Origin: Lentisphaeria bacterium
Lineage (GTDB): Bacteria; Verrucomicrobiota; Lentisphaeria; JABSQK01; JAWLHB01
Direction: 5' to 3'
Assembly: GCA_041690595.1 (NCBI GenBank)
Contig: JAWLHB010000012.1
Span: forward strand, 1 to 36,784
Length of the DNA stretch: 36,784 nucleotides
The notes beneath the pieces are model-generated. The model saw nothing but the letters and a program-made list of their open reading frames with translations. It searched no databases and had not been told where the DNA came from. Made by a program: the position numbers and the translations under genes. Below, in pieces: positions 16,909-27,569 of this stretch (position 1 is the stretch's first letter; each line of letters starts with the position of its first letter).

Positions 16909-18969
16909 TCACCCATGCAAGTTGCACCCTTCGCCGGAGTTGAATCTGCAGATCAGGGGATATAGAGGCTTGAGTGACAGGTTCAGCCGCCAGCGCTGAA
17001 GCGTGTCGACCTGATCCATGCGATGCGCCACCGCGGAAAGTGGCTGCCAGCATCCCTCCTCATCCAGCCATTCGCCGTGGTCGCCCCGCCAACGGTCGCG
17101 GTCGAGTTCCAATACGACATGGTCCAGAATGTCGAAGGACATGTTCGTCATGCAGAGGGTGAGCTCCGCCTCCGTTTCCCAGAGATGCACGCCAATGTCC
17201 GTCGGGGAATCGACCCACACCGGCAAAGCACCTTCAGACAACCAGCGCAGAATGCTCTTCAGCTGAGCCCGGCGGTGGTAGCAGACCAGATGCGAGATGT
17301 CCGTTTCGATCGCATGCACCGCGTAGGGCAGGATCGCGACGCGGCCACCAGCCTCGTTCATGTACAGCACAACCCCAGGCGCCAGACGGTCGAGGTCATG
17401 CGTCACAATGGCAGAGATTTCCCGCGCGCCTTCCGAGGGCTCGAGGACGCGGACGCTCTCCAGGCGATTGAAGACGAACGGCATGAATGCCCCCGGATGC
17501 TCGCCCGAGAACGCCGCATCCGTCAGTTGTTCGGCGCCGGCCGTTTCCCCCACGGCGTCGCCAACGCCGCACCCGACCAAGTTGCCGAATCCTGACCGGT
17601 TCAGAGCCGCTGCCGCCGCGGCATCAAGCAGCACCGGCCCCGCCAGGATCTTCAGGAGCTGCGCTCGCGGCAACGAGCAGACCGAGTCGCCAAAGAAGGC
17701 CTTGATGGGCGACTCGTCATAGGTAGTCGGAATCCCCAGATGCCCGAACCATTCCGCCACCACAAAGGCCGGCCACCACAGGTCCGTCACGGATGAAAGC
17801 GTCCCGCCCGCATGCAGGGGCGAATCGAAGTCCCAGTAGAGCTGGACGCCACATCCCGTGCCTCGCGAGGGACGATCCCGCCAGACGACGTCGAAGTAGG
17901 GCCTGTTCCGCTTCAGCATCGCGGCAAATTCCGGCTCCAGAAACGGGGTGTCGCCCACGTAGCTCGCGGGGGACAAGGCAGAAACGTTGATCTCCTGCAG
18001 CAGCCCGTGAACGATCTGAAAACGCGTGGCCGCCATGCTCTTCGACAACCGGGTGCCCGGGCAGCACTCGATCTCCGACGTATACTCCACATCCGCGCCA
18101 AGCCAATGCCGGGTGAACTCGCGGTACCAGAGGCCCGCAAAAAGGTCGCGGCGGCGCCAATCCTGGTAGCCGCCGACACTCGGGCGCACAAGCGGCTTGC
18201 CCGCGCCGGGATGAAGCGCGGAAAGCACCTTCTTCAGGTTGTGTCCCACCGGAGGCAGGCAGTGCAGGCAAGGCACCATCATGCCGACTTTAGTTGAAGG
18301 ACTCACCGCATGAACGGCATCCTCGATCAGGGTTGCCAGCGCGGTCAGCCGCTCCCCAAGAAAGGCCATCCACTCACCGCGCACGGAAGCATCCGCCAGA
18401 AGGGCCCGATTCAGCGATTCACGGCTAAAGCTTCGCCCCATCCGCTGCGCGAATGTCCGCAGATGCAGATCGCAGAGGCAGCCCCACGTCTCCCGCTCGC
18501 CCTGCAACATGTAGCGGTGATCGTCATCGACGTAGATGTAATCCGCCTCCAGCGTGGCGAGCCGGCCGTAGAAGCCCCGCAGATAGAGTTCGAGCTTAGG
18601 ATCCAGAAGGCAGGGACCACGAAAATCCGTCACGCCATCGGCATACGTTGCCCAATGATCGAAGTCGATATGCCCACGCTGGTCGGCCCGCGACACCCGC
18701 ATGTTGTAGGAGGAGTTGATGCCGAGGCGGATGCCCGCGCCGGCAAAACGATCTCTGGCGGCATGCAGCGTCCGCAATACCTCCTCCTGCTCATGCTCGT
18801 TCATCTGATTCCAGACCATAAACTGGGCATCCGTGAAGAGCATCACGTGCTGACAACCGACCTCATCGCACCAGCGGATAATCTCCTCCAGGCGCTCGTC
18901 CAGCCGCCACGGCGGCAGATAAAGCCGAAGAATGTGAACCGGGTGCGCGGTCGAAAAAAGGTCGTTCAA
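16909..18969 (-). CDS. uncharacterised glycoside hydrolase-like protein (TIM-barrel-like region plus GATase-like trimerisation domain)
   Basis: Probable TTG start at 18969 overlaps the upstream stop (TTGA), with GAGGG upstream. Has PCLLDP, YVDDDHR and GCLCDLH motifs, resembling GH42/DUF4015-like barrels. Confidence 0.7.
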   Translation of the reverse strand: MNDLFSTAHPVHILRLYLPPWRLDERLEEIIRWCDEVGCQHVMLFTDAQFMVWNQMNEHEQEEVLRTLHAARDRFAGAGIRLGINSSYNMRVSRADQRGHIDFDHWATYADGVTDFRGPCLLDPKLELYLRGFYGRLATLEADYIYVDDDHRYMLQGERETWGCLCDLHLRTFAQRMGRSFSRESLNRALLADASVRGEWMAFLGERLTALATLIEDAVHAVSPSTKVGMMVPCLHCLPPVGHNLKKVLSALHPGAGKPLVRPSVGGYQDWRRRDLFAGLWYREFTRHWLGADVEYTSEIECCPGTRLSKSMAATRFQIVHGLLQEINVSALSPASYVGDTPFLEPEFAAMLKRNRPYFDVVWRDRPSRGTGCGVQLYWDFDSPLHAGGTLSSVTDLWWPAFVVAEWFGHLGIPTTYDESPIKAFFGDSVCSLPRAQLLKILAGPVLLDAAAAAALNRSGFGNLVGCGVGDAVGETAGAEQLTDAAFSGEHPGAFMPFVFNRLESVRVLEPSEGAREISAIVTHDLDRLAPGVVLYMNEAGGRVAILPYAVHAIETDISHLVCYHRRAQLKSILRWLSEGALPVWVDSPTDIGVHLWETEAELTLCMTNMSFDILDHVVLELDRDRWRGDHGEWLDEEGCWQPLSAVAHRMDQVDTLQRWRLNLSLKPLYPLICRFNSGEGCNLHG

Positions 18970-21557
18970 CGTGGTTCCCTCTGCTCTTCGTGTCCGTCCC
19001 CGGACGATCCCAGAATCAGATGCAGGTCGGAGACCCGTTCGGCCTCCCACTCAAAGCGCGGGGCGGTGTTGCCGGTGGCAGTACGCACCCGCCCCGTCAT
19101 GCTGACGCTGCGGTCGCCCACGACCAGCCGTTCCGCGTTCGGCGCCAGCAAGGCGTCGAAGATAACCTTCCGCGGGCTGGGCAGCGCTAGATGCACCTGC
19201 CAGCCGTCGGCGATTCTCTCCAGGCGCATCGAGTAGTTGCCATCGGGACCGGGCAACGTGCCGGCCAGGCTGGTCAGAGGGCCGGGTTGCGGCGCGAATC
19301 TGACGGCGGCGAAGCCCGGCTCCGCGGGCCCGATCCCGCAGAGTTCCTGCAGCAGCGCTGACGTGCTGCCGAGCCCAGCGCCCTGGGCGACGGCGCGGCT
19401 GTTGCGGCACCGCCAGGTACCCAGCGTCCGTTCGCCGAACAGGCACCATGTCTCCGGCCAGGTATCGAGACCCTGGGCGTCAAGCTGTGCCAGACGGTGG
19501 CGCATCCAGCGGATCGCCAGTTCCGGCCGGCCGGCATGGATGAAGGCCGCGGGCAGGTAGAGCCACGCCGGCGAGGTCTGACCGAAGGCCAGCGGATCCG
19601 CGGCCCAGCGATCGAGCGCCGTCTGGATCATGGTCTCGGGCGCCAGCTGCCACATGGCCACCAGGCTGTTGCCGTGCTCGCTGAAGTGCGACTGCCGGCG
19701 GCCATCGACAATGGCGTCCACGAAGACGCCGCGCTCCTCATCGTACCACCGCGGGATCCGAGCGATCATGCGTTCCGCCGCATCCGCCCAGGGAGAGGCA
19801 GATTCACCAATGGCCTCCGCCAGCTCGGCGGACCGGCGCATGACTTCAGCGCTCATGGCCTGCAGCGGCAGGAAATGTCCGCGGCGGTCCATGTGTCCCC
19901 AATCGAACCAGATGTTGTACGGCGGCAGGCTCATCAGCCCCTCATCATCGAGGCAGGAGAGGGTGAGGTCGAGCAGACGGGTAACGCCAGGCCACATGTC
20001 GCGCACCAGGTCAAGATCCGCAAAGAGGCGGTAATGCTCCCACAGGCGCAGCGGCAACGACAAGGCATGATCGAACAGGGAAGCGCGGTCATTGTCATGC
20101 CCCGGATAGCTGTAGCGATACTGGCCGGTCGCATGCTGACCTTCACGAGCTTGCGCAAAGTACCGACGTAGCAGGGCACTGTCGCCGAAGCAACTGGTGA
20201 TGGCCGGCACGATCGCCGAGCAATCGCCGAGGTACTGTTTGCGCTCGCGCGAAGGATTGTCCATGGTGCGATCCACGACATTCAGCCTGGCAGTTCGGCG
20301 GACAATGTCGAACAGGCGGTCAAGATCCGGATCGCTCGCCGCGAACGCACCACGCGGCTCGAAGTGATTCTCCACCTCGTCCGCCCACACCTCGTGCAGC
20401 ACCAGCTCGCCCGGAACATTGCGGAAGGTCAGCTGTACGTAGCGGAAATGGCGCCAGTCCGCGGTTTCCCACTCCTGACCGCCCGGCCGCGCAATATACA
20501 GATCGGCAATCGCCGTGCGGCTGGAAACATAGGGAATCACGCGCCCGTCATCCAGCCGATAGGCGTAGCCGATGTCGATGCTCGCCGAATCCGCGATCTT
20601 GCAGCGAAAACCGAAACGCGCATTCATCAGGCGGCCAAAATCGAGCACAACCGTGGCGTTGCGCAGACCGTCGAAGGTGTCGTAGGACTCGTCTGGGGAA
20701 GAGTTGCGAATGACGACATCCCCGTCGCCGGTCAGCAGCCGCTCAGCGCCGACCACCGAAGCCTTCTGTAACGGTCGCACGGTCTCCAGACTCATTCGCA
20801 CCGCCACATCGTGTGCGCTGGCTTCCCGCTGTTGCAGCACTTCGCCGACCTGCTGGATATTGGCCGGGCGATGTCGCGTGCGGCGCAATGGCCGCGTCTC
20901 GCAGGGAATCAGATTGACCCACGGGAAGAAACGCGCCTGCGGCTGGGTCGCACCCCACAGCCCATGGACAGGAGCGACGACCGGGAAGGCAGGTGACCAG
21001 CGGCTGTCGTCGAAATCCACGCTCTGCCAGCCAGAGGCATCCAGATTCGCATCGAAGACCTCCGCCCACATCGAATCCCCCATCCTCGGAGTTGGCTTCA
21101 GATACGCTTGGGCGGGTATGGCGCGCCACGTGGCGTCCGTCCCCACCGGCGTCTGGTTATCCAGCTCGATCTGGCACAGCAGTCCACGCGCTTCCGCGTG
21201 GGCCGTGAAAGCCCCGATCCCCTGATCGTGATAGACGCGGACCGCCACGCAATTCAGCCCGACCTTCAGCAGCCCGCCGATGGCATGCGTCTGGTATCGC
21301 TTGAAGCGCGGGTCCGAGATAGGCGGCCCATGATCGACCAGGACGCCATTGACCCACAGTGTCGCTTCGCGTTCGGCGGCGATGCGCAGCAAGGCGCGGG
21401 TCGGTGCCTTGTCGAGCGAAAACTGCCGGCGGAAGTAGACATAATCGTGGTTGCCGCTCGTCGGTGCGGCCGACCAGATCCAGGCGGCCTGCCACTGGAC
21501 CGGAGGCCACTCTGGCGCAGCGTCGAAAAATGGCAGGCGTGGCAGGTCTTTCAGCAT
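18966..21557 (-). CDS. alpha-L-rhamnosidase, GH78-like
   Basis: AAWIW...YFRRQFSL, LWVNG, LDFGR, FRYVQL, catalytic-region DNPSRERKQYLGD (compare DCPxRER.xW.GD), GLDTWPETW, and GIGPAEPGFAAVRFAPQPG. Confidence 0.9.
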   Translation of the reverse strand: MLKDLPRLPFFDAAPEWPPVQWQAAWIWSAAPTSGNHDYVYFRRQFSLDKAPTRALLRIAAEREATLWVNGVLVDHGPPISDPRFKRYQTHAIGGLLKVGLNCVAVRVYHDQGIGAFTAHAEARGLLCQIELDNQTPVGTDATWRAIPAQAYLKPTPRMGDSMWAEVFDANLDASGWQSVDFDDSRWSPAFPVVAPVHGLWGATQPQARFFPWVNLIPCETRPLRRTRHRPANIQQVGEVLQQREASAHDVAVRMSLETVRPLQKASVVGAERLLTGDGDVVIRNSSPDESYDTFDGLRNATVVLDFGRLMNARFGFRCKIADSASIDIGYAYRLDDGRVIPYVSSRTAIADLYIARPGGQEWETADWRHFRYVQLTFRNVPGELVLHEVWADEVENHFEPRGAFAASDPDLDRLFDIVRRTARLNVVDRTMDNPSRERKQYLGDCSAIVPAITSCFGDSALLRRYFAQAREGQHATGQYRYSYPGHDNDRASLFDHALSLPLRLWEHYRLFADLDLVRDMWPGVTRLLDLTLSCLDDEGLMSLPPYNIWFDWGHMDRRGHFLPLQAMSAEVMRRSAELAEAIGESASPWADAAERMIARIPRWYDEERGVFVDAIVDGRRQSHFSEHGNSLVAMWQLAPETMIQTALDRWAADPLAFGQTSPAWLYLPAAFIHAGRPELAIRWMRHRLAQLDAQGLDTWPETWCLFGERTLGTWRCRNSRAVAQGAGLGSTSALLQELCGIGPAEPGFAAVRFAPQPGPLTSLAGTLPGPDGNYSMRLERIADGWQVHLALPSPRKVIFDALLAPNAERLVVGDRSVSMTGRVRTATGNTAPRFEWEAERVSDLHLILGSSGDGHEEQREPR

Positions 21558-21598
21558 GTGTCATACTCCTACAGGAAAAAGGTTGGAATGAGTGGTTT

Positions 21599-24145
21599 TC
21601 AGAACATTCGGGGAATGCCGAGGGTCAGAGCGCCGCCGTTGGTCTTGGGGCCTTTGTTGGGGACGATCGACTCGGGCCGGCAGTACCACGTATCGGGACT
21701 GACGGGTTCAGGGCTGAGGCAATAACCACCTCCCGCCACCGTGTCAAAGCGCAACAGCTCTCCGGCGACCTGCTGGGGTGCCCGCCGGCAGAGGTCCAGC
21801 AGCCAGGCGCCATCTCCCCAAGGATTGGCCACGACACAAGGGCCGCCGCGGGAGGATAAGATATGAATCCATTCGGGGCGGCTCCCCTTCCCTTCAGACG
21901 ATACGACAAAACCGCCGACGGCCAGTAGCGTAAAAGCGAAGGGCGCCTCCGGTGGCAGGGCGTTGGCCACACGGACAATGCCGTCGTGGCTCTGCAGCAG
22001 CGCCTCGCCGACGGCGGCGGCAAGCACGAAGATACGCTCCAACCCGAAGCGCCGGAACTCGAACATGCGCAGGGGAATGCGGCTCTGCTTGAAGGGCTCC
22101 CAGTCCGGATGGGTCTCGTAATCCTTGTCCTTGTAATCACGGGGATTGAGTGCCGGATCGGCAACGCCGCTGGTGGACCAGTAGCCCTTGTCGTCGCAGG
22201 TGATGCCGTTGCAACTCCATTTGTCGCCAAGCTTGGCCAGATCCTCCCACAGCTCATCCGCCAGCCCCAACCGGGCCAGGACGATACGCTTGGTCCAATG
22301 CAGGTTGGCTTCACGGGCAGTAGCCACCGCCATGTCGAACAGCGGCGTCCCCCGGTCGCTCAGCCCAACGCGTCCATCGGGAAAGACGGGGCTGGTCTCC
22401 ACGTCGGAAAAGATCTGTCCCCAGCGTTTGGGATCGTGGGCGCAGGTGGCCTTCGGTTCGGCCCATTCCTCGGCGTCTCCCTCGGAAAAACCTCCGCACA
22501 GCAACTGGCCCGCGCGCTTCTCGATGCCCTTCTGGTAACCGGCCGCGAAGATGGTGACGCCCGGGTTGACCGGCGATTCCATGGTCACCAGCGGCGCGAG
22601 ACGCTCGAGGGCGTGCCGCCAAGTGGCCGTCTCCGCCGCATCGTGTGCGAACCATTCCCCGCAGACAGTGGCAAACTCAAGGACTCGCCGGGTGGTGATC
22701 AACTCGCTGGTGCAGTCCCGCAGCATGTTGCCCCCCTCGTAGCCCCAGGCGGGGGTGGTGTGGTAAAGTCCATCGTCTTTCCGCTCCAGCATGCCCATGT
22801 GCCAGCGGGCAACCTCGCGGATTACCGGCCAGCCCTTCTCGAGCAGGTACTCGCGGTCGCCATCGTACTGGTACTTGCGCCTGAAATCGGCGACGATCTG
22901 GCCACCAGGTGTGCGGTTGGGGTGGTATGCCATATGGCCGTTGCGATCCGAAACATCACCATAGTACGCGCCGGGTTTGCCGTGGCGGCTTGCCATTGTC
23001 ATCGCCATGGGTAGCTGCGCGAAGCGGAAGTCCAGATAAGCCTGCATCAGCTCAGGGTGACCGGCAGACGCCAGTGGCCAGAGCAACTGCTGCTGATTCC
23101 AATGAAAATAGTGGGTCCACGGTTGGAAATCGCGATTCCAGGACCATAGCGCCTGCGTGAAGAGGCCAGGATAGCGACCGCGCTGCGACGAAGCCGCATA
23201 GTAGATCGCCAGGTACCAGAGATTGTCGATCATGCCGTCATGGGTCTGCAGGTATGTCCGCGCCCAGAAGGTACGCCAGGCGCGCACATGCTCGGCTTCG
23301 ATCTTCCTGGCGCCCCGGTGGGCGGCGGCGGCAAGGATCTCCCGGGCAGACTGGCGTACATCGTCAACCTCCTCGGAATTGGCGATCGTGGCAAGTACCA
23401 GCATATCGTGGCTCGTACTGCGTTCGGGCTCGAAGATGCCGCCCCGGGAGTGGGCGATGCAGGGATCGATCGCCTTTCCACCAACCTGGGCAGATACGGC
23501 AGCAGCGAAATCCAGCTTCCGCAGCCGCTGATGGATCAGCAGCGATTCGCCGTGCCTCTCGGCCGTGGTACCTCCCAGCCCCCGGGACGAATCCCGGTCA
23601 TACAGCGCGTACCACATCTGGCTGCTCCGACTGCCCCAGCGCTCGACGCTGACCCGGGGCACGATGCTTTCTTCGGCTTTCACCCGGCACTCCAGCACCA
23701 GCGCTTCAGCGGAGGCGGAGACATAGGCGCGGGCCGTGAATGAGCCAAATGGCGTCTCCGAACGGATCGTGACCATGCCCCGGCTCAGATCCAGACGTGC
23801 CTCGAACTCCTTCAAGTACCACGAATCCATCAGCGGCAAGCCCAGCTCGACCTCGATCCGACAGCCATGGCGCAAGCTGGTATGCCCCTCGTACTCACCC
23901 CCATCCGGGTGATTCTTGTAGCCGTCCTCTTCGTCCGGAGAGTCATCCCAGAGGTCGCACTTGTTGAATGCGATGCACAACTTGCGAGGCTCACACCAGA
24001 CCAATGCCCCAAGATCCCCGTTGCCGATCGGCAGGCCCTGCATGGGGTCCAGTGGTGGAGAAAGGCAGACAAGATCGTGCCGCGAAACGCGCCCCGGCCA
24101 GGAAATGTCCCAGCGCCCCTCAGCGAGAGAAAAAGATGTGTTCAT
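21599..24145 (-). CDS. GH95/GH65-like (alpha/alpha)6 glycoside hydrolase (alpha-L-fucosidase-like)
   Basis: GLPIGNGDLGALVW N-terminus, RLDLSRG, HVRAWRTFW, YFHWNQQQLLWP...SAGHPEL, EALLQSHDGIVRV and LLAVGGFVVSSE. Confidence 0.82.
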   Translation of the reverse strand: MNTSFSLAEGRWDISWPGRVSRHDLVCLSPPLDPMQGLPIGNGDLGALVWCEPRKLCIAFNKCDLWDDSPDEEDGYKNHPDGGEYEGHTSLRHGCRIEVELGLPLMDSWYLKEFEARLDLSRGMVTIRSETPFGSFTARAYVSASAEALVLECRVKAEESIVPRVSVERWGSRSSQMWYALYDRDSSRGLGGTTAERHGESLLIHQRLRKLDFAAAVSAQVGGKAIDPCIAHSRGGIFEPERSTSHDMLVLATIANSEEVDDVRQSAREILAAAAHRGARKIEAEHVRAWRTFWARTYLQTHDGMIDNLWYLAIYYAASSQRGRYPGLFTQALWSWNRDFQPWTHYFHWNQQQLLWPLASAGHPELMQAYLDFRFAQLPMAMTMASRHGKPGAYYGDVSDRNGHMAYHPNRTPGGQIVADFRRKYQYDGDREYLLEKGWPVIREVARWHMGMLERKDDGLYHTTPAWGYEGGNMLRDCTSELITTRRVLEFATVCGEWFAHDAAETATWRHALERLAPLVTMESPVNPGVTIFAAGYQKGIEKRAGQLLCGGFSEGDAEEWAEPKATCAHDPKRWGQIFSDVETSPVFPDGRVGLSDRGTPLFDMAVATAREANLHWTKRIVLARLGLADELWEDLAKLGDKWSCNGITCDDKGYWSTSGVADPALNPRDYKDKDYETHPDWEPFKQSRIPLRMFEFRRFGLERIFVLAAAVGEALLQSHDGIVRVANALPPEAPFAFTLLAVGGFVVSSEGKGSRPEWIHILSSRGGPCVVANPWGDGAWLLDLCRRAPQQVAGELLRFDTVAGGGYCLSPEPVSPDTWYCRPESIVPNKGPKTNGGALTLGIPRMF

Positions 24146-24198
24146 GTGTTACTACTGGATTCCAAGCTGGCTGTCGTCAAATGCTTTTCTGTTGTCGG

Positions 24199-26688
24199 TT
24201 ACGGATGAAACTCACTTGCCCCGTGGCTCTCCGCGCGTAACAACAGAACGCGACCAATGAAGATTGAGTCTTCTTTCTTCGATCCCTGTACATAGGAGGG
24301 GCCCTCGAATTTGAGGGAGACGAACACAAACCAGTCTTGCTCCAGATGCCCGACACTCAGGGCGCGGTCGAGCCCTACCTGCAGTTGCCAGGAGCGGTGA
24401 ACGTGAATCAAGGTTCCCGGCTCGATCCGCCAGGGGCCAAGTCGATACCAATGGTAGATCTCGTCGCCCGGAATGGAGGTCGCATTTGCCGGACGATTTC
24501 CTGCCATACCCTGCTCGTACCATTCCTCTTGCTGCTCGGCAGTCGGCAGTTGAAACAGCAGCGCCGGCCCGAATTTCTGGGCCCGCGGGTTATCGTCGGC
24601 AAAGGTCCGCGGCGGCGTGTACAGCCCCACTGGAACCGGATCTTGAGAGCCGAAAGGCAAGCGAAAAGCACGCCCGCCGGGCGCTTCGGCATCCTCGATG
24701 ATCCGGTGGTGTCGCAGGGCCAGAATGTCAACGACATCCTCCTTTGGCAGGTTGCGGAACGCTTCCGGCAACGGGGGCCGTTCCAATTCGGTGCGCAGGG
24801 CGGCAACTTCCTTCTCCAGATCGGCCAATGCTCCGGGCAACGTTTGTGGGTAATGGAACATGGGCAGAACAGCCCGTTTGTTGGCGGCATAGCGGGCAAT
24901 GACGTCGGCATGTGTCCACGGCATGGCCTGGCCTTCCGGAAGACGATTGACCAAAGTGTCCCACAGCCCCAGCAACGCGGCATCCACGGGCAGGCGCTCG
25001 TTCAGTACCCGCGGATATTCGGGCGCGTCCGGCGCGCAGGCCCCCTCGGCCTTGCTCAGTAGTTCGTCGGCCCGGCGGAACAGCTCGAGGTCGAGGTAAC
25101 GACGCTGGAAAGCGGAGACGGGGGAAGGAATGCCGCCGGTCTCGTCGGCAAGACGTCGTTGCAGGTAGTCAAGCCATTCACCCATGGCGGGCGCTCCGGC
25201 ACCGTAGTAATTCTCCATGAATCGTGTTATCGACGCTTCGGCGTTCTGATCCGGATCATCCAGCAGTTTCTGCCCCAACCACCGGGTCAACTGATAAAAG
25301 CTCAGAGTGTAGGGGCGATGATCCAGTTGCGTGAAGTAGCCGCGGGTTGCCCCAAGGCTGCGAAGATACGCCAAGTCGCCCTGCAAATTGGCGACATTGG
25401 CAAACGGCGTCGGGAAAGGTTGGCTGCCGAAAAGGCTCCAGTAGTCCCAGATGCCGATCTGGGCTCCGGCCTCCTGCCACCCTTCGAGTATCCGCCGGTG
25501 CGAGCCGTGATACGGATGACTCAGCGGCTTGCTGGGATCACGCCATTTGCCGGTCATCAACAGCGCGTTCTGCATGATCACATTGCTTCGCGGCCGGATC
25601 TTCGCGGGTGGCTCAGCGGTCTGGCTGTAGGCAAAGGTCTGGAAGCTGACGTCAGGATACCTGGCGCCCACGGCCTCGGCCACCTGGTTGACGAAATGCA
25701 GCAACAGACCCGAATGTGTCCCCTCCTGTTCGACCACCGCCTTGCATTCTGGACACAGGCAGAGGAACCGGTGATGATCATTCTGACTCAACTCGTAGAG
25801 AGTCGGGTAAGGCTGGCCGGCCGCCGCCGCCCGGTCGCGATCTTCGGGGATAAACTCCAAAAATCGGCGAATGACTTCCGCGGTCATCTCCTCGTTGGTC
25901 AAACAGAGCTGCCCGCTGACCCGTTGCCGCTCCCCGTTGACTCCCATGGAAAACCACTCGGGATGCTCATCGAAATAGGTGTCCGGGGGGATCAGTGCAT
26001 AGAAATTGTGGCAGGTGGCATAGGTTCCGCGCAAAGGAACGCCATACCGGGGCTCGCTGAACATCCACTCGCCGACGCCCTTGTTGCGCGACATCCACAG
26101 TTGCGTCTTTTCGATAGCCTCTGGAAAGTGGTTCATGGCCCGAAGGCTGTTGTACACCCAGCGCGAATCGGTGAACGCCGGCTTTCCTGTGCGATTCAAC
26201 TGGCCGATGACCAGGTTCGGGCGCTCTGGCAACAGGGTGATCTCCTCGCTCAGCCAAGCCACCCCAAGCTCATCTTCAAGGAACTGATAGACGGCATAGA
26301 GTGTGCCACGCGGCCGACCGCCGGTCAGCACCAGACTGCCGCCGACCGTGCGCATCAGCCATTCCTCGCCTCCCAGCGCCGATGCCTTGATGCCGGTCGC
26401 CGACGCGAAACGAGTATGTCCGACAAAGATAGCCGGCGTACCTTCCGGCAGTTCCGACTCAAGGACGCTCTCGAACGCGCGGCCGGTTATTCGTTCGAGG
26501 TGCGTTACCAGCTCCTCGATCGCAAAGTGTTCCGTCGCGGTGGCATCCACTGGCCGTACGATCAGCATGGCCGCACCGGCTTCACGCGCCATGACGACGT
26601 CTTGAGCCCGAGCTGCCCCCGACAATCCCACGACCAGAGCGAAAACATGACAGCAGATCAGACCTCTCTTACAACTTGTTTCTTTCAT
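24199..26688 (-). CDS. secreted DUF4838-like protein (putative glycoside hydrolase-like)
   Basis: Signal peptide ending ARA-Q. Motifs GGRPRGTLYAVYQFLE..LGV.W, HNFYALIPP..YFDEHPEWF, QLCLTN, SQND...CLCPEC and TFAY..T.EPP. ATG overlaps the upstream stop (TGATG). Confidence 0.85.
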   Translation of the reverse strand: MKETSCKRGLICCHVFALVVGLSGAARAQDVVMAREAGAAMLIVRPVDATATEHFAIEELVTHLERITGRAFESVLESELPEGTPAIFVGHTRFASATGIKASALGGEEWLMRTVGGSLVLTGGRPRGTLYAVYQFLEDELGVAWLSEEITLLPERPNLVIGQLNRTGKPAFTDSRWVYNSLRAMNHFPEAIEKTQLWMSRNKGVGEWMFSEPRYGVPLRGTYATCHNFYALIPPDTYFDEHPEWFSMGVNGERQRVSGQLCLTNEEMTAEVIRRFLEFIPEDRDRAAAAGQPYPTLYELSQNDHHRFLCLCPECKAVVEQEGTHSGLLLHFVNQVAEAVGARYPDVSFQTFAYSQTAEPPAKIRPRSNVIMQNALLMTGKWRDPSKPLSHPYHGSHRRILEGWQEAGAQIGIWDYWSLFGSQPFPTPFANVANLQGDLAYLRSLGATRGYFTQLDHRPYTLSFYQLTRWLGQKLLDDPDQNAEASITRFMENYYGAGAPAMGEWLDYLQRRLADETGGIPSPVSAFQRRYLDLELFRRADELLSKAEGACAPDAPEYPRVLNERLPVDAALLGLWDTLVNRLPEGQAMPWTHADVIARYAANKRAVLPMFHYPQTLPGALADLEKEVAALRTELERPPLPEAFRNLPKEDVVDILALRHHRIIEDAEAPGGRAFRLPFGSQDPVPVGLYTPPRTFADDNPRAQKFGPALLFQLPTAEQQEEWYEQGMAGNRPANATSIPGDEIYHWYRLGPWRIEPGTLIHVHRSWQLQVGLDRALSVGHLEQDWFVFVSLKFEGPSYVQGSKKEDSIFIGRVLLLRAESHGASEFHP

Positions 26689-27569
26689 CACGGCAGGAAG
26701 CCTCCAGCGAACCAGTAGTTATTGGAGAAATTCGGGTAGAGGGAGTACTTGCCCGACACAAACGGTGCGCGGATGTTTTCCACATGACCGTCCACAAAGG
26801 CAAAGTTACCAGAGCCGACCATGGGTTGATGCGGCTGATGCAGATCCTCGCCTCCCTTGTGGCGAGCGGAGAGACGGTCGACGCCGAAGGATGTATTGCC
26901 TTGAACCTTCGTGTTCCAGGTAGCGTTCGCCGCCGGAGCGGCCGGATTCTGCATATTTACATAGTCCATCAAGACAAATGCACCGGTAGGATTCGATTGT
27001 GCCCCGTTCTGTGACTGGAAATCACCGATACGCTTGGGTTTGGTACGCGGCCCCCAATAGGCATTCCCCGCCAGCGTCGAGCTGCCAAGCATGCCGGAGT
27101 AAGCATAGCTGACCGGGAGTTGCACGCCGACGCCTCCCCATTCGCCAAAGATCGTCGCCCAGTCGTTTTGCAGTGTATCGCTCGGGCAAGTCAGCAAATC
27201 CTGCGAGACATAATCATTGGAGACGCTCAACTTAGCAAACCAATGGACTTGGGGATCATAGGTGGGGTTGTTCACGCTGGTCCCGATTGCCGGGACGAGG
27301 AAATCGTCATGATCATTCGCATACAGCACGGTGCCTGTCATAATCTGTTTCTGATTGTTCATGCACTTGGTGGACCTAGCCGACTCCCGAGCAGAACTCA
27401 GCGCTGGCAGAAGCATGGACGCGAGAATGGCGATGATCGCCACAACTACCAAAAGTTCAATCAAAGTGAAGCCGCTGTGCGCAGAGTATTTCGACTTCAC
27501 CTCACAGACCAAACCGTACGTCGGGGTCTCCCCAATACGGCTTTCCTTCTGAGATTTTTCGTATGGCAT
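26688..27569 (-). CDS. prepilin-type N-terminal cleavage/methylation protein, DUF1559-like
   Basis: G^[43 protein letters not shown] and C-terminal RH...[18 protein letters not shown] before ATG 27569. Confidence 0.93.
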   Translation of the reverse strand: MPYEKSQKESRIGETPTYGLVCEVKSKYSAHSGFTLIELLVVVAIIAILASMLLPALSSARESARSTKCMNNQKQIMTGTVLYANDHDDFLVPAIGTSVNNPTYDPQVHWFAKLSVSNDYVSQDLLTCPSDTLQNDWATIFGEWGGVGVQLPVSYAYSGMLGSSTLAGNAYWGPRTKPKRIGDFQSQNGAQSNPTGAFVLMDYVNMQNPAAPAANATWNTKVQGNTSFGVDRLSARHKGGEDLHQPHQPMVGSGNFAFVDGHVENIRAPFVSGKYSLYPNFSNNYWFAGGFLP

